Positions 24,004 through 35,272 of a stretch of 64,000 nucleotides of DNA are shown here, in pieces. The number at the start of each line of letters is the position of its first letter. The stretch's first letter is position 1. Under the pieces are notes generated by a model, which was not told where the DNA came from, did not search any database, and worked only from the letters and a program-made list of their open reading frames with translations. The stretch spans positions 907,577-971,576 of the forward strand of contig BDGG01000003.1 in assembly GCA_001949185.1 (NCBI GenBank). The letters are read 5' to 3'. A program made the position numbers and the translations under genes. Origin of the DNA: Ramazzottius varieornatus. Its lineage: Eukaryota > Animalia > Tardigrada.

Positions 24004-25828
24004 AGCTTGTCAGCAGTCCAACCTACGATAACGCAAAATCAAACCTATTCAAGGTTCAGAGTCGACCGGCGATAGAATAAGTCTACTAGCGGTGTACAAA
24101 GAGGAACTGAAACACTTGTTTCAAAGAGTTATACCTTGATAGCTCCCCCGACGTTCCCTGTGAAGAAGTTTGTTGACTTTCGTACCAAGTGTTTTCCGGG
24201 TATTCGAAATGGGCCATCGAAGAGCGAACGAAACAGAAAAAAAATGCTGCATTATGCAAATCGGCAGTCATCGCACTCACTGAAACATATGCCACAAGAT
24301 CCAAACGAAACTTTGGAGCGAAAACAGGAGGGACGTGTTATGCAAAGAGGCATGAGCGACCATGCTGCTCCACTGCGGAATACCTTTTTCTGTCGATGAA
24401 GTTCGCGATATCGGCGACTGCGCTGTGGTTTTTTATGGTTGGACCACCGCATGCGAGGCGAAGATTCCAGCGAAAATGCACGGCACCGTACAATGTCCAA
24501 AGAACAGCCATGTCATTAGCCGTAACTCCATCGTATGGGTACTGAAAGGTGTTGGAAAGTAGGCTGTAGTTGGTGAAACAGTCGGACGGCCAACGTTTCA
24601 CCCATGAAGTTTTTCCAGCACGACGAACGATTACATGCTTCTTTCCCTGAAGGATCTTTGCTTGGTTTGCTTTCAGTTGTTACGTGCGAAGCGGACGTTT
24701 TACGAGTAACATATGTACATAGAGGGGTTCAATACGTTTTAAAGCTGCGTTCACGAGAAATTCTGTTGGCGATCTCTGCAATTTCTTGCATAAGGTTAGA
24801 GCAACTTATGGGCAATACTGCAAAACTAGAGCTCAGGCTGCGAAGTCATTCGTTTGTAAGGTATACGAAGGGAAGTTTTTTAGGGCTCCACGTTCTCGAA
24901 GAAATTATGTAGTTTCTTCCCCATTGTCCGTTTGAATTTAACTACGGCACTGGATGAAGGAGGCATGTCTAGTGCCTTGTTCGGACAGGAGGAAGTCAAG
25001 CCGGACCGCTGTCAAGACTCGAGAAAACATTTTTACTTCCTACAAAGCAAAAATGCGCAAGTGAAACGGGTGAATTCATCTGGCGCGCTACCGGATCATT
25101 TTTGAAACTTTTTTATCTCTACCGGGGTTCTATTTTTGATGAGAGTTAGCTGTCACTCTGTATTTTCTTCACAGTTTGGTTGCTTTGTGTCGAAGCGCTA
25201 AAAAATAACCTATCTAGAAATTCGAGAAACTGCATTACCACGGTCGGCGCGGTTAACGTCAGAATAATATTAAAAAATGCGTGAGTTTACGAAGAAAATC
25301 GAAAAAGATTTCGCATCTTTCCAAAAGAATTATTTATCCTTCTGTGCTAGTGCCAGGTACCTCATGTTTCGAGGATAGTGGTTAGAAGAGATGGTCTATC
25401 TCTAAAAAGCGTGCTCCGGATAATAGAACTTTCAGGTGGTCTCTGCCTTAAAACTTATTGAGCCCCCTATGTATTAGGTGCGGGAGTACGACCCGTCTCC
25501 CTGTCCTCTGCCGAAGTCGAAAATTTTTTCTGACGCCATATCTCAAACGTTTTGGCCAGCTTATCCTAAGTCATAAATTTTGCTATCCCTCTGATTCTTT
25601 GTACGATCGTACGTTCGGTTGTTTGGCGTCCCGTATTGTCACAATTCTTTCCTACGTTCGGACAGAATACCAGCGGGGACAAGTGTAGTTTTTACGGCCT
25701 TTCAGGCGTGTCAAATTCCTGACAGATTTTTTTCGGGTTTTGGAAGGCATTTTTCGTCCATCAATTAGTAAACTTTGCTTAGCGTGTACGTCTAAAGAAC
25801 CGGGACGTTAATGTGAATGTGAACGCTA

Positions 25829-26002
25829 CAATGCCTCCCAAAACCCGAATCAGTGTTTAACCTGTTAATCACAATTAAACTGGAGCTTAACTTTCGCTTG
25901 ACCAGTAACAACGTTCGTCTGGCTCACACGCAAATTTTATTGGCCAATGCCATCTGGCTCCATCCAACACCTATTTTTGGCGGTGAATTTTTGCGTAGAC
26001 TG
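25829..26002. mobile_element. Diverged MITE family C copy
   Basis: Internal ACAATTAAAC(T)GGAGCTTAA..ATTGGCCA..CCATCTGGCTCC is shared with 47396-47562; TA flanks. Confidence 0.6.
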
Positions 26003-26519
26003 TACATCCAGACTACTACTCACGCGTCAGATTAATCATATTCAGAAACATCTGAGATCGAAAATTTCTCATGCACATGTGGCTCTGTAGCGACAACGAC
26101 TGGGGAAAACATCCATAGTGCTCAAGAGTTATTTGCGAAGATACGAAAAACTAATGTAAATACAGTGCAGTGGACAAGTAACAACAAGTGGATAACAAGA
26201 AGCAAATAACAGGTGTTCTTGCACATAAATTATCAGAGCGTATACCAGTGGTTCAATGACATTACTTTGTTAACTGCTGCTCATTCCATAGCTCAGTCTC
26301 ATCGGTCTTTGTCGTGGACGTTATACCATGAATAAATTATCCTGCCCACTTACATTTCCCCCAAGTTTCCCTTTCGCACTGAACATTCGCACGCAGTCTC
26401 AGTCGGTGAAACTGGTTACAGTCTAGGTTGCGATACTCCTAACGAGCCCGCTAGCGCCAAATATTCCAGTTATCCCCCGAGAACAATCGAACCATCTGCC
26501 CGTCACGCATGCCGAAATG

Positions 26520-26525
26520 TATAAA
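26520..26525 (+). promoter_or_regulatory. Putative TATA box of the Ly6-domain gene
   Basis: TATAAA about 80 bp upstream of ATG 26603. Confidence 0.4.
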
Positions 26526-26602
26526 GTGAAGTCATTTTCCGCTTATATTGTCCTGGTTCTAGACGGTAAGGAAAGATCCATAGTTACTTTCATCTCGCTG
26601 AC

Positions 26603-28796
26603 ATGAAGCTCTTCGCCGCTCTCGCTACTGCGCTTGCCGCGCTGGTTCTCCAAGGTATGCTCTTTGGTTGGACGATTGTACAGAGTTTCTTTCATTATCC
26701 CACCGCTCAAGTAGTTTACAGCTCCTTAGTAAGTTACCCGTGTTTTCCGTATTTTTAGATGGATCTTCCGCCTTGCAGTGCTATGAGTGTCAAAGCTGTA
26801 GCGCGGTGTCCGCCGATACCCTGACCGACTGCCCAGAGCCCGATGATCACTGTGCGGTTGTACTCTTCGAAGACAAAGGTAAGCCTGCTGTGTTTTTTGT
26901 TAGATTTTTAGGGGGAGGCGAACGGAAAATCAACTGCTAATGTTTGCAGGTGCAGTCAAGGTACACCGTGCATGTGCGAGCAATGTCGGCGAGTGGAAGA
27001 TGGGTAACGAAAACGACGTCATCAACAACTACAAGCTCTCCAACATTTCCGCTGCCTTCTATCAGTGCAACGGCGATGCCTGTAACGACGTCGAAGCCGC
27101 CGGAGTTAGCAATGGCCGCATCACCTTCACCATTGGTATGTCTGAGTCCCATTCTTCGTCATCCTCCTCCAAGTCCTCGTCTTCCAAGAGCGCGAAGTCT
27201 TCGAACAGCCAAAGCGGCGAGCAGAGCAAGAGCGAACAGGACGCTTCTCCTCAAGAAGGCAGTGAAGCTTCGTCAAAGTGGTCTTCCGCCCAGCTGCTCA
27301 ACAAGCTGTCCGCCAGCAAGTCGAAAGAAAGTAGTGGCACGATTTCCTCCCAGTCGAAAGGCCAGGAAACGAGCCTGAAGTCGAGGTCCTCCAAGACATC
27401 CCTCAGCGCTTCCAGCAAATCGCAGAAAGCATCCTCTGGCTCTTCTGGTTCTACCGACGAGGTTGATGCCGATGGAGACGATTCCGCAGACAATGACCGA
27501 GACCAAACGGCCCAACCACAGAGAAGCCACGGATCGAAAAAGTCGTCTTCCGCTCAGCTGCTGAGCCAAATGTTCTCCAGCAGGATCGAACAGCCAAACT
27601 CAGCTACCGGCTCGGCTTCGGCTGGATCAAAGTCTCAAGGCTCGAGTTCCAAGTCGACATCGTCTAAAGCGTCCTCCAGCCGTGGACTGCAGTCCGCCTC
27701 TTCCAGCTCGCTTGCTTCATCCGACGGCGCCACTGACGACAGTCATGACCAGCAACGAAGCCAAAGGAAGACAAAGGCAACTACCGCCCGGGCCAGCAAG
27801 CACGCAAAGTCTGTCTCGATCAACACTCAGGATTCCAGCTCGGAGTCTTCCAAGGCATCGTCCAGGAAGCCGGTGTTCGCTTCGTCTGACAGTGCCGAGC
27901 AAGACGACGTTCCCGCTAACACCAAGGAGCAAGAACGAGCGCTAGAGAATAGCCAAAGTGTCAAAAAGTCCTCCAGTTTGATCTATGGCAAAATATCGTC
28001 CAAAACCGGCTCGTCATCGTCCATGAAGAAATCATCTTCCATCTCGGTCTCCAACAAATCCATTACCCAGTCGTCCGCCGAAGGTTTGGACCAAGATCGG
28101 GAAGACAACGATGCCGAAGTGGAGACTGCCAAGAAAGCCCAAAGGACCAAAACTATCGACGCTACTTCTTCGCAAAAGAACTCCAAAGCTCAAGGTTCGC
28201 TGGCAGCCAAAGCCAAGTCTTCTTCCAGCAGGTTCTCATCTTTCGCCAGTAGCCAGGAAAGTTCTCACAGCTTGCTTAGTGCTGGTGCCAAGAAGGAGCA
28301 CGCCAAAGTCCAAAGCCACGGTGCCAAGTCCACCAAGTCCGAAGACCTGGACCAGAGCGAGGAGTTCGAAGATAACAGCGATGACAGTGAAGATGATGAG
28401 GACAGTACCGCCAAAAAGACCCATCAGAGCCAGCTGAAATCGGCCGAAAGCAAACAGGCCGCCGCCAAGGCTGCCTCTTCTTCGAAGAAATCCAAGTCTG
28501 CTTCCAGTTCTTCCTCTATCAAGTCATCCAGCATCAGTAACAAGCAAACGGATGACTCGCAGCAGGAAGATGGCAGCGATGCAACGGGATATGGTCCTCG
28601 ACCCACCAAGCCCACCACTAAGCCCACCACTAAGCCCACTACCAGGACTACCACCACCACCACGACTTCCACGACCACCACGACAAAGAAGCCCAAGCCT
28701 CCAGTTTATGGTGGTGAGGAGCTTTTGCCTGCTACTGAGCTTGAAGTCACTCTGCGTCCTCGTCGACGAGGTCGCACTGTTTTTGACAGAAAGTGA
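26603..28796 (+). CDS. Secreted Ly6/uPAR (three-finger) domain protein with long Ser/Lys/Gln-rich disordered tail and Thr-rich mucin-like end (about 672 aa)
   Basis: Exons 26603-26654, 26759-26878 and 26950-28796 with phase-1 introns. Signal peptide MKLFAALATALAALVLQ, then LQCYECQSC..C..HC..RAC..QCNGDACN. The extreme C-terminus could be spliced differently (GTGAGG near 28714). Confidence 0.8.
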
Positions 28797-31167
28797 ACTA
28801 TCCATCACTCACAATATGCTTATAGGTACCGCCACTTTGGCACTTGAACATTACAGAGTGGTTTCTTCATGCGTTTTTGTTAACACTTGCATCGGCCACA
28901 AAAGCTTTTCACTTGGTATCGCGTTGCCCGCAGTTCAGACGTGTGTTTTCCACAGCGATGAGCTCGCTAATGCAACCAGAGGTCGCTCACAGTCTGTTTA
29001 TGAGACCGAGGGGGAACTGACGGCTTGGCGCATCAGCCTTCCCCCTGTTCTTCTGAACTGCAACGACCCCGTTGGCGAACTTAAAGACCCGAAACCAAAT
29101 AGATCACTCAACGCTCTTGTAAACGTGGAGACTCGAAGAATGCTGATTCTTCCTGATGTAGCCGTTGTAGCAGTTGCTCTTCCAGTGATTGGCTTGCCGT
29201 ATTTCGCCGGGTGCGCGACCTCGATTGGGATTCTTCTGTGGCCGCGCGGATACGGAAACTGTGAGTCTTAAACCGGTGAGAATGGGTAATTCCGTGGAGA
29301 AGATTGATCAGATATGAAGCAACGATGTTGCGGAGCAGGAAAGAAGAACTCATCGTGTGTGGCCTGCAACTGCAGGCAACGTCAACTTGTATCGACAGGA
29401 CAGCCTGACTATCCGGTGACGGGTAGCTCAATGGAACTTCCGGCTTCTAACTGATCCGTCTTTGAGCTTACTACAAAAAACAACTTTTGTTGGTACGACG
29501 AATCCGGTGCTGTCTCTTCTGATTTTTCTGTTCAAACTTTGCTTGGGTTTTCACTGAGCTGCGACGTGAGAACTGGCATCAGTCCGCAAACGATTGTCAA
29601 TACCGGGACCATATAATGTTGGAGCCACTGGTACAACTACGACTCGTGCGCGACATTTCATCCTCTTTTTCCGACTCTTTTTCTGCCTTATGATCATGTG
29701 GGTAACAACCAGAACAGGCATTGTGGAAGTGAAGTTGACCGCTATACAAAATCGGGATTACCGGGTAGGACGTCGCGGTTCTCGGTACGTATACCGGTCG
29801 ATGTCAGTTGGTCGCCACGGTGTGACCTGGTATGCAGACGGCATCGTTCGTTAAGTGTACCCCCAAGCATGGCACGAACTCTTTGACTGCCGGCATCCAT
29901 GGTACTATAAAATGTTGACGATAGCTGTGCGGGAAGTACATGGCGCCTTTTTATACACCGTAGCTTCCGATGAAAATCGAGATCACATGCAAAATTCAGT
30001 TCAAGTTACTGGAGATCAATCGTTCGTAGCAGAGCTTAGACGGATAGGCAATGCCGGAAACAATCAACAGCATCTCAGGCAATAGTATGGATACGATATA
30101 GACATCTACTTGAAACATACCAGATGAAAAGTGACAGACCGATCAAGAAACCGAGACCTGAGATCGAGAAGACCGGGTGGTTGCCAGAACGTGCGCTATA
30201 TCAGGGTTGACCTCCGCGGAGCTGGAAAGTGGAACAAAGAAGTTCACTGCGGAAAGGTTAAACGCCAAAGGTTATGGGGCAGGTAAAACGTGAGTGGGGA
30301 AACAAAAAGTCTTATAAAACAGATATAAATAAAGTTTGCCGCGCTAGTCCTGAAACCCGCTCTCCAGTATTGGAGTCTAACTTGTTATTCAGATGCTGCT
30401 TTCGAGATCTCGGTTTTGTGGAACTGCAGGGACACAGGGAACAGTCGACTGTCAGCGGCAGGTCGGTTGCGCGTCTGGTACTGTTTAGAATTGGCGAAAT
30501 GGTTTTCAAAGGATGTGCTTGATGATCCCATGCACTTCATCGATTGCGTGAAAGGGTACGAAGCCACTATAAATAATCTGGTGAAAGAGTTTAGCCAGCA
30601 CGCGTTCGCAGTTTACTTCAAACGCGAGAAGGTGGATGAGGGCGGAGGGTCAACCGCGGCAAACACGACATCGTAACTTAAGTGCGCGAGAGATATTCTG
30701 GTTGGGGCTGAGGGTCAAAAATTTGGCCTGTCTCATAGTACTGTTGTGACGATATGGATTCGGCTGTGGTTCGCAACGCTTACGCGGAGTTTGCCATCGC
30801 CAGCCACAGAAAAGCAGCCGGGGTTGTCGTTAACGCGGCGTCGATACACTGCCGCGTGGCGATGGCTAAGTTCGAGTTCAGAACACCATCCGCAACGACC
30901 TGTTGTGCATGTACTTACGGCTTCGAAAACTTTCGTACTGCATTGCCAAACTGAATACCTTAGCTTGCACCGCTCGATATGTAGAAGTTTGGGAACAAAC
31001 GAATGGAATACTGTACTCAACGGAAAGTGGAGGACTTCTGTAAAACATCAGCAGAAAACCTCGTCGGTAACTTGCAACAGTACCACTGGGACTGTTAGAG
31101 GGCACTGCAGGGGTACAACCAGCTTATTTTCACTACGCGTAAACTGTAACCAGCTTCGACATATTAT

Positions 31168-32247
31168 CTAATCTTTTTTTGTCTTCAGAACTTCCAAGGT
31201 GATTTCCAGACGCGGATATTGCTCTTCGCAACATGGATAGGTTGCGGACTGGCGAGTTATGCTGGAGTTCTGGATAATAAAATTCTGGCCGTGGTAATCG
31301 GTATGATCTAAAAACGACATAAATTAGTCTCATCTCCATAGAGATCAGATAACCAAACGGAACACTCTCGGACTGTGTCCTATTACTGAAAACTACAGTA
31401 GATAAACGACCTTCTTACCAACAGTTGGGTGAGTTTCCTGCGGATAATCCAAGGCGTTTGCATCATACACCCAGGAGCCTGAAAAGCAGGAAAAAAACTT
31501 ACGTTTGATGAAACGAAAGCAGTCATGAGGCTAGAGGTATTGTAAGAAAGCCGACGAACAATATCTTCACGGTGACACGCCACAAAAACCTTACACGTAC
31601 CAATTAGGATTTTTGCCTGATACAGCGTCCCGTTGTTGGTTTTTGTTTCGTTATAGTAAGTGAATATGGTGACTTTCGGAACCCATAACAGGTCTCCATT
31701 AGAGTATACCACACCTATCGTGTGTTCTTCGGAAAACAATTTCTGTTGGGAGTCGGGACTGAAAGCATGCAAAACTGTGAACGTCTACATCTTGCTGAAT
31801 CGGAGATTAGACCACCTATGGTAAACCGTCAGATCAGGTGTCCATATTTCATCCATAGGGATCCGGACTTGAGATATTCCATCATAGGCAGCTGGCTCCC
31901 ACTGCAGACGCGAGTCATGCCATTTCATAGACAAGTATCCATCGAGCCGCATTACTTCCTCGTTGTCGTCCTGCAATAACAATATTCAAGTCTTCTTGGA
32001 AAAAAAGGTAGAGTAGTATTGATAGACACACAACTACCTGGATTCTGACGCCACTAATCATGACGTTTACGCTGACGTTTACGCTAGGACTTCCTGGATC
32101 GGCATTGGGTCGTACATTAATATCGGCTCCAGCAATGAGGCTAGAGACCAGGGAGGAAGTCAAAATGGATCTGCACTGGGTTCCGGATAAGTTACAAGTC
32201 ACAGTTATCATAAAAACGAATACTACAATCAGTGGTGTCTTCGCCAT
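31168..32247 (-). CDS. Soluble acetylcholine-binding-protein-like (nAChR alpha-type ligand-binding domain only, 240 aa)
   Basis: Exons 32247-32038, 31970-31816, 31758-31601, 31478-31419 and 31307-31168 total 723 nt in phase. Signal peptide, VRP, WHDSRLQW, IWTPDLTVY, GSWVYD, YPCCEEQY, then LEITLEVLKTKKD-stop with no transmembrane segment. Confidence 0.85.
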
Positions 32248-32367
32248 GATATCCTCGGATTATTCCGCAGGACTATATTAGCCAGAAAACAGTCTGTGGA
32301 CGACTTCGGTCGAACGGCCTCTTCGACAGAACAAAGCTTTTCTCACCACCCGAAAAGCTTCCTGCTG

Positions 32368-32421
32368 CGTTCTACCATGTACCAAAGTGGACTTCGTTCT
32401 ACCATGTACCAAAGTGGACTT
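32368..32421. repeat. Perfect 27-bp tandem duplication between the divergent AChBP-like and astacin-like genes
   Basis: CGTTCTACCATGTACCAAAGTGGACTT twice, followed by CTATAAA. Confidence 0.9.
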
Positions 32422-32754
32422 CTATAAAGCTTTTCTGTGGCTTTTAGCTGAGTTCTTTGTATCAGGTTGTAAGATCGGCTTCGCTGTTTATCACTTTTAG
32501 GTACGAAGTGGTTTCTTGGACTTTCAGTTCAAGACGGACCTTGCTACCAAAGTGTCTTTATCGGTGTCAAGGATCGCTAGACGGAAAGCTAGAGGCAGTC
32601 TCATTTTTCCAGCTGTCAATTGCTTTGGGCATCGCCATAGACTATCTGCTCAAAATCAAGCCGCTTTCCGGTTCAACCATCATTCTTTTCAGTACAGGTA
32701 CTCTCCCCGTTCTTCTGCAGTGTTGAAAAAATATCATCTGAATATTGTGAAAAT

Positions 32755-33824
32755 ATGACGAGGTTGCTGCTGAGCGTAGCAGTTTTTGGCTCATTGACTG
32801 CCCTCATCGGGGCGGCTGGATCCCGCGAGACGGATTTTATTCAACCTGGCGATGAGATAAGCGGTAATTGATATAGCTGATGAGTTTTTGTTTTGCCAGT
32901 TTTCTGCCACCTCATCCGGAATTTTGAATAGAACCATCGGAGCTCGACGATTACGATGACTTCACTGCACAAGGCGGAAGTTCGACCAAGCCGGACCCGA
33001 ATGCGCCACCGCGCCGGGTGATCAAGCTGTGGCCTGATGGTGTTGTGAAATATAAGCTGTCCCCCTCCCTTCTATCTGATAATCGTAAGATAGCCCCACT
33101 TCGGGTTTTGTTTCACAGTAGCATCAAATTCATTCTGAACTCTATTTTAGCAAGAGAAATCGCAAACTTGCGCGCCATCATGACCACCATCTCACAGAAG
33201 ACTTGCGTGCGATTCTCTCAGGCGTCGGCTGGAGAGCAAAGCTATGTTAGTGTAATTCCCGGACTCAAGTATGTACCTCGGGCTAAAGTATGTCAGAGGT
33301 TCCCCAAGACAAGTGACGGTTTTATTTCAGGTGCAAGTCCATGTTGGGAAAGCAGGAAGGAGTTAGCACGTTAATGTTGTCTGTCAAGAACTGCTTCAAC
33401 AACGGAACTTTGGCTCGAGGATTCATGCGTATTCTAGGTTTCACCTACGAAAGCAATAGAGCGGATCGCGATCAGTTCTTGACTTTTAACTGGGATAACG
33501 TGGCCGAAGGTGAGAACTGAAAATGCGAACATGGACCTACTCTTAGACTGTGCGTCGGCATGTTCTTTGCTAAATGGAACGTGCCTTCTCATCCTTCTAG
33601 CTAACAAGAAAAAGTTCACAAAGTTATCCGCGGACGATTATCCCGTCACCGATATGCCATACGATTTCTTGTCCTCCACTCACTTCCCGAAAAACGCTTG
33701 GGCCATCAATAAGAGCAGCTGGACAGTCCGTGCCAAACGCGATCCCGCGCAGCAGTTAGGCAACAACCGTGGGCTCAGCGACGGCGACCTCGCAAAAATC
33801 AAGAAGTTTTACAAGTGTCGTTAG
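32755..33824 (+). CDS. Secreted astacin-family (M12A) metalloprotease homologue, catalytically inactive (260 aa)
   Basis: Exons 32755-32863, 32932-33084, 33151-33268, 33331-33509 and 33601-33824 in phase. Motifs WPDGVVKY, TCVRF, CKSMLG, GF..E..RADRD, PYDFLS, LG..RGLSDGD..I..FYKC. The zinc motif is degenerate. Confidence 0.85.
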
Positions 33825-34450
33825 CTTGAAGCGTTATGCCCTGGTATCTGACAGAAACTGAGTGCCGTTTTGATAACTTCGAGATTTCTCTGGACTTTGG
33901 GCCTGACGTAGCATTGTGCCCGTTCTGTACCGGTAGCTCAGCTCAGGTTGAGTTGAGAACATCCTCGAGGCAGGCTCGTATGAAGAGTGTTGCGCAGTTG
34001 ACGGAGATTCAAGATATTCATACTTGCTTCTGTATTATAGTCTTTTCCTTCTCGACGGTGAGAATAGTTTGGAGGGTCTGGATATCTGTTCCTAGCTCAT
34101 ATTAGTCGTAGCAAGAGCGATAGCCGATAGCGAACTAGTGAAACCTGGTCCGGAAGTAGGCAGTTCGATCAATTACTTGTCCAATCAACTCACACGCCAG
34201 CATGCATGGGCACCCAGTGCGCATACTGTGTCGTTTCACGATCAGCTGTTTCCCGCTGAGCGTTGTCATCTCAAGTCTTCCTTCCAGCTTTCCATGTAGC
34301 TATAACCCTAATGTCCCATTCGTGCTTACGCATCAGCGACAGAAGACAGCAGTAAAAACGGTTTTTTGGTGACATCATCGTTCGCACTTCCAGCAGCGAA
34401 AGTTCTACGGCTGCAACAAAAGTTCTTGAGTACGAACGGTTCATTCCTTG

Positions 34451-34648
34451 CTGTATTACCTCTAAGGTTTCGCGCAGTCACGTGACAAGCCAGTAAATAT
34501 TGCGTGGCGGGGATAAAAAACTTCACTGCCATCAATCAAAAATTTCCGACCAATCAAACGCAGCAATGTGCCACAATCAANNNNNNNNNNNNNNNNNNNN
34601 NNNNNNNNNNNNNNNNNNNNNNNNNNNNNNACCTTAGAGGTAATACAG
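34451..34648. mobile_element. MITE-like element whose inverted ends flank the assembly gap
   Basis: CTGTATTACCTCTAAGGT (34451) and ACCTTAGAGGTAATACAG (34631-34648) are exact reverse complements. Confidence 0.65.
34581..34630. other. Assembly gap (50 N)
   Basis: Run of n characters. Confidence 1.
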
Positions 34649-35272
34649 TAGCATTTTCCGCTCGGTTTTTCGCTTTAACTTTTTCGCTTAGTACCGTATT
34701 TCGCAACCTACGGGAATCAGGTTGAGCAGCCTGCGGAAAATGTTTTTCTGGCGGATTTTCACTTTGGCGCGTTTTCTATCTTCCTCTAATACAACCCCTT
34801 CTGTACTCACCCAGGATCTCTTGCATAGAATCTATCGAAGATATACTGACTCATCGAGGTATACAGTCGGCCACTTCCGACAGGTTATGGTCTATGACAT
34901 GACACCACACCATATGACATGACATGACCTGACCTGATATTCCGTTTCTGCCGCATCGGAGTATGAACGACAGGCAGTTTTACGGGAAGGTGCAGAGTCA
35001 AAACTTGGCGAAAAAGTTGTAACATCATGCCTGCGTCAGAAATTTGCGAACCGTTGGCAGCCGCATTACTTGATTGCAAACTTCTCGCCTCTGACTTCTG
35101 TCGCCGACGCGTAAGCACGAATGGGGCATAACACCTATTAGTAACGCATAGAGAGTTCATGGTCTTCTCTTTGGTTTCTTCGGCAGAGGAGCATCAGGGA
35201 CGCAGAAGCATGGTAAGCAGAGCCAATTTTTGATCATATTCTGTTATGATGTGATGGATTCCGTTCTAGGCG

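Noticed and set aside
24086-24660. Possible small spliced minus-strand gene
   Set aside because: Splice sites are plausible but no start codon or recognisable product could be established.
26950-28796. Resemblance of the Ser/Lys-rich tail to tardigrade Dsup
   Set aside because: Similarity is compositional only. This protein has a signal peptide and a Ly6 domain, and I see no Dsup-like nucleosome-binding motif.
29108-30090. Possible minus-strand exons that might supply transmembrane helices to the AChBP-like gene
   Set aside because: The frames I translated are hydrophilic with no M1-M4-like segments and I could not build a consistent gene model. A separate small gene is not excluded.
30416-31130. 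Short plus-strand ORF fragments that look like decayed coding sequence
   Set aside because: No recognisable motif or consistent splice pattern.
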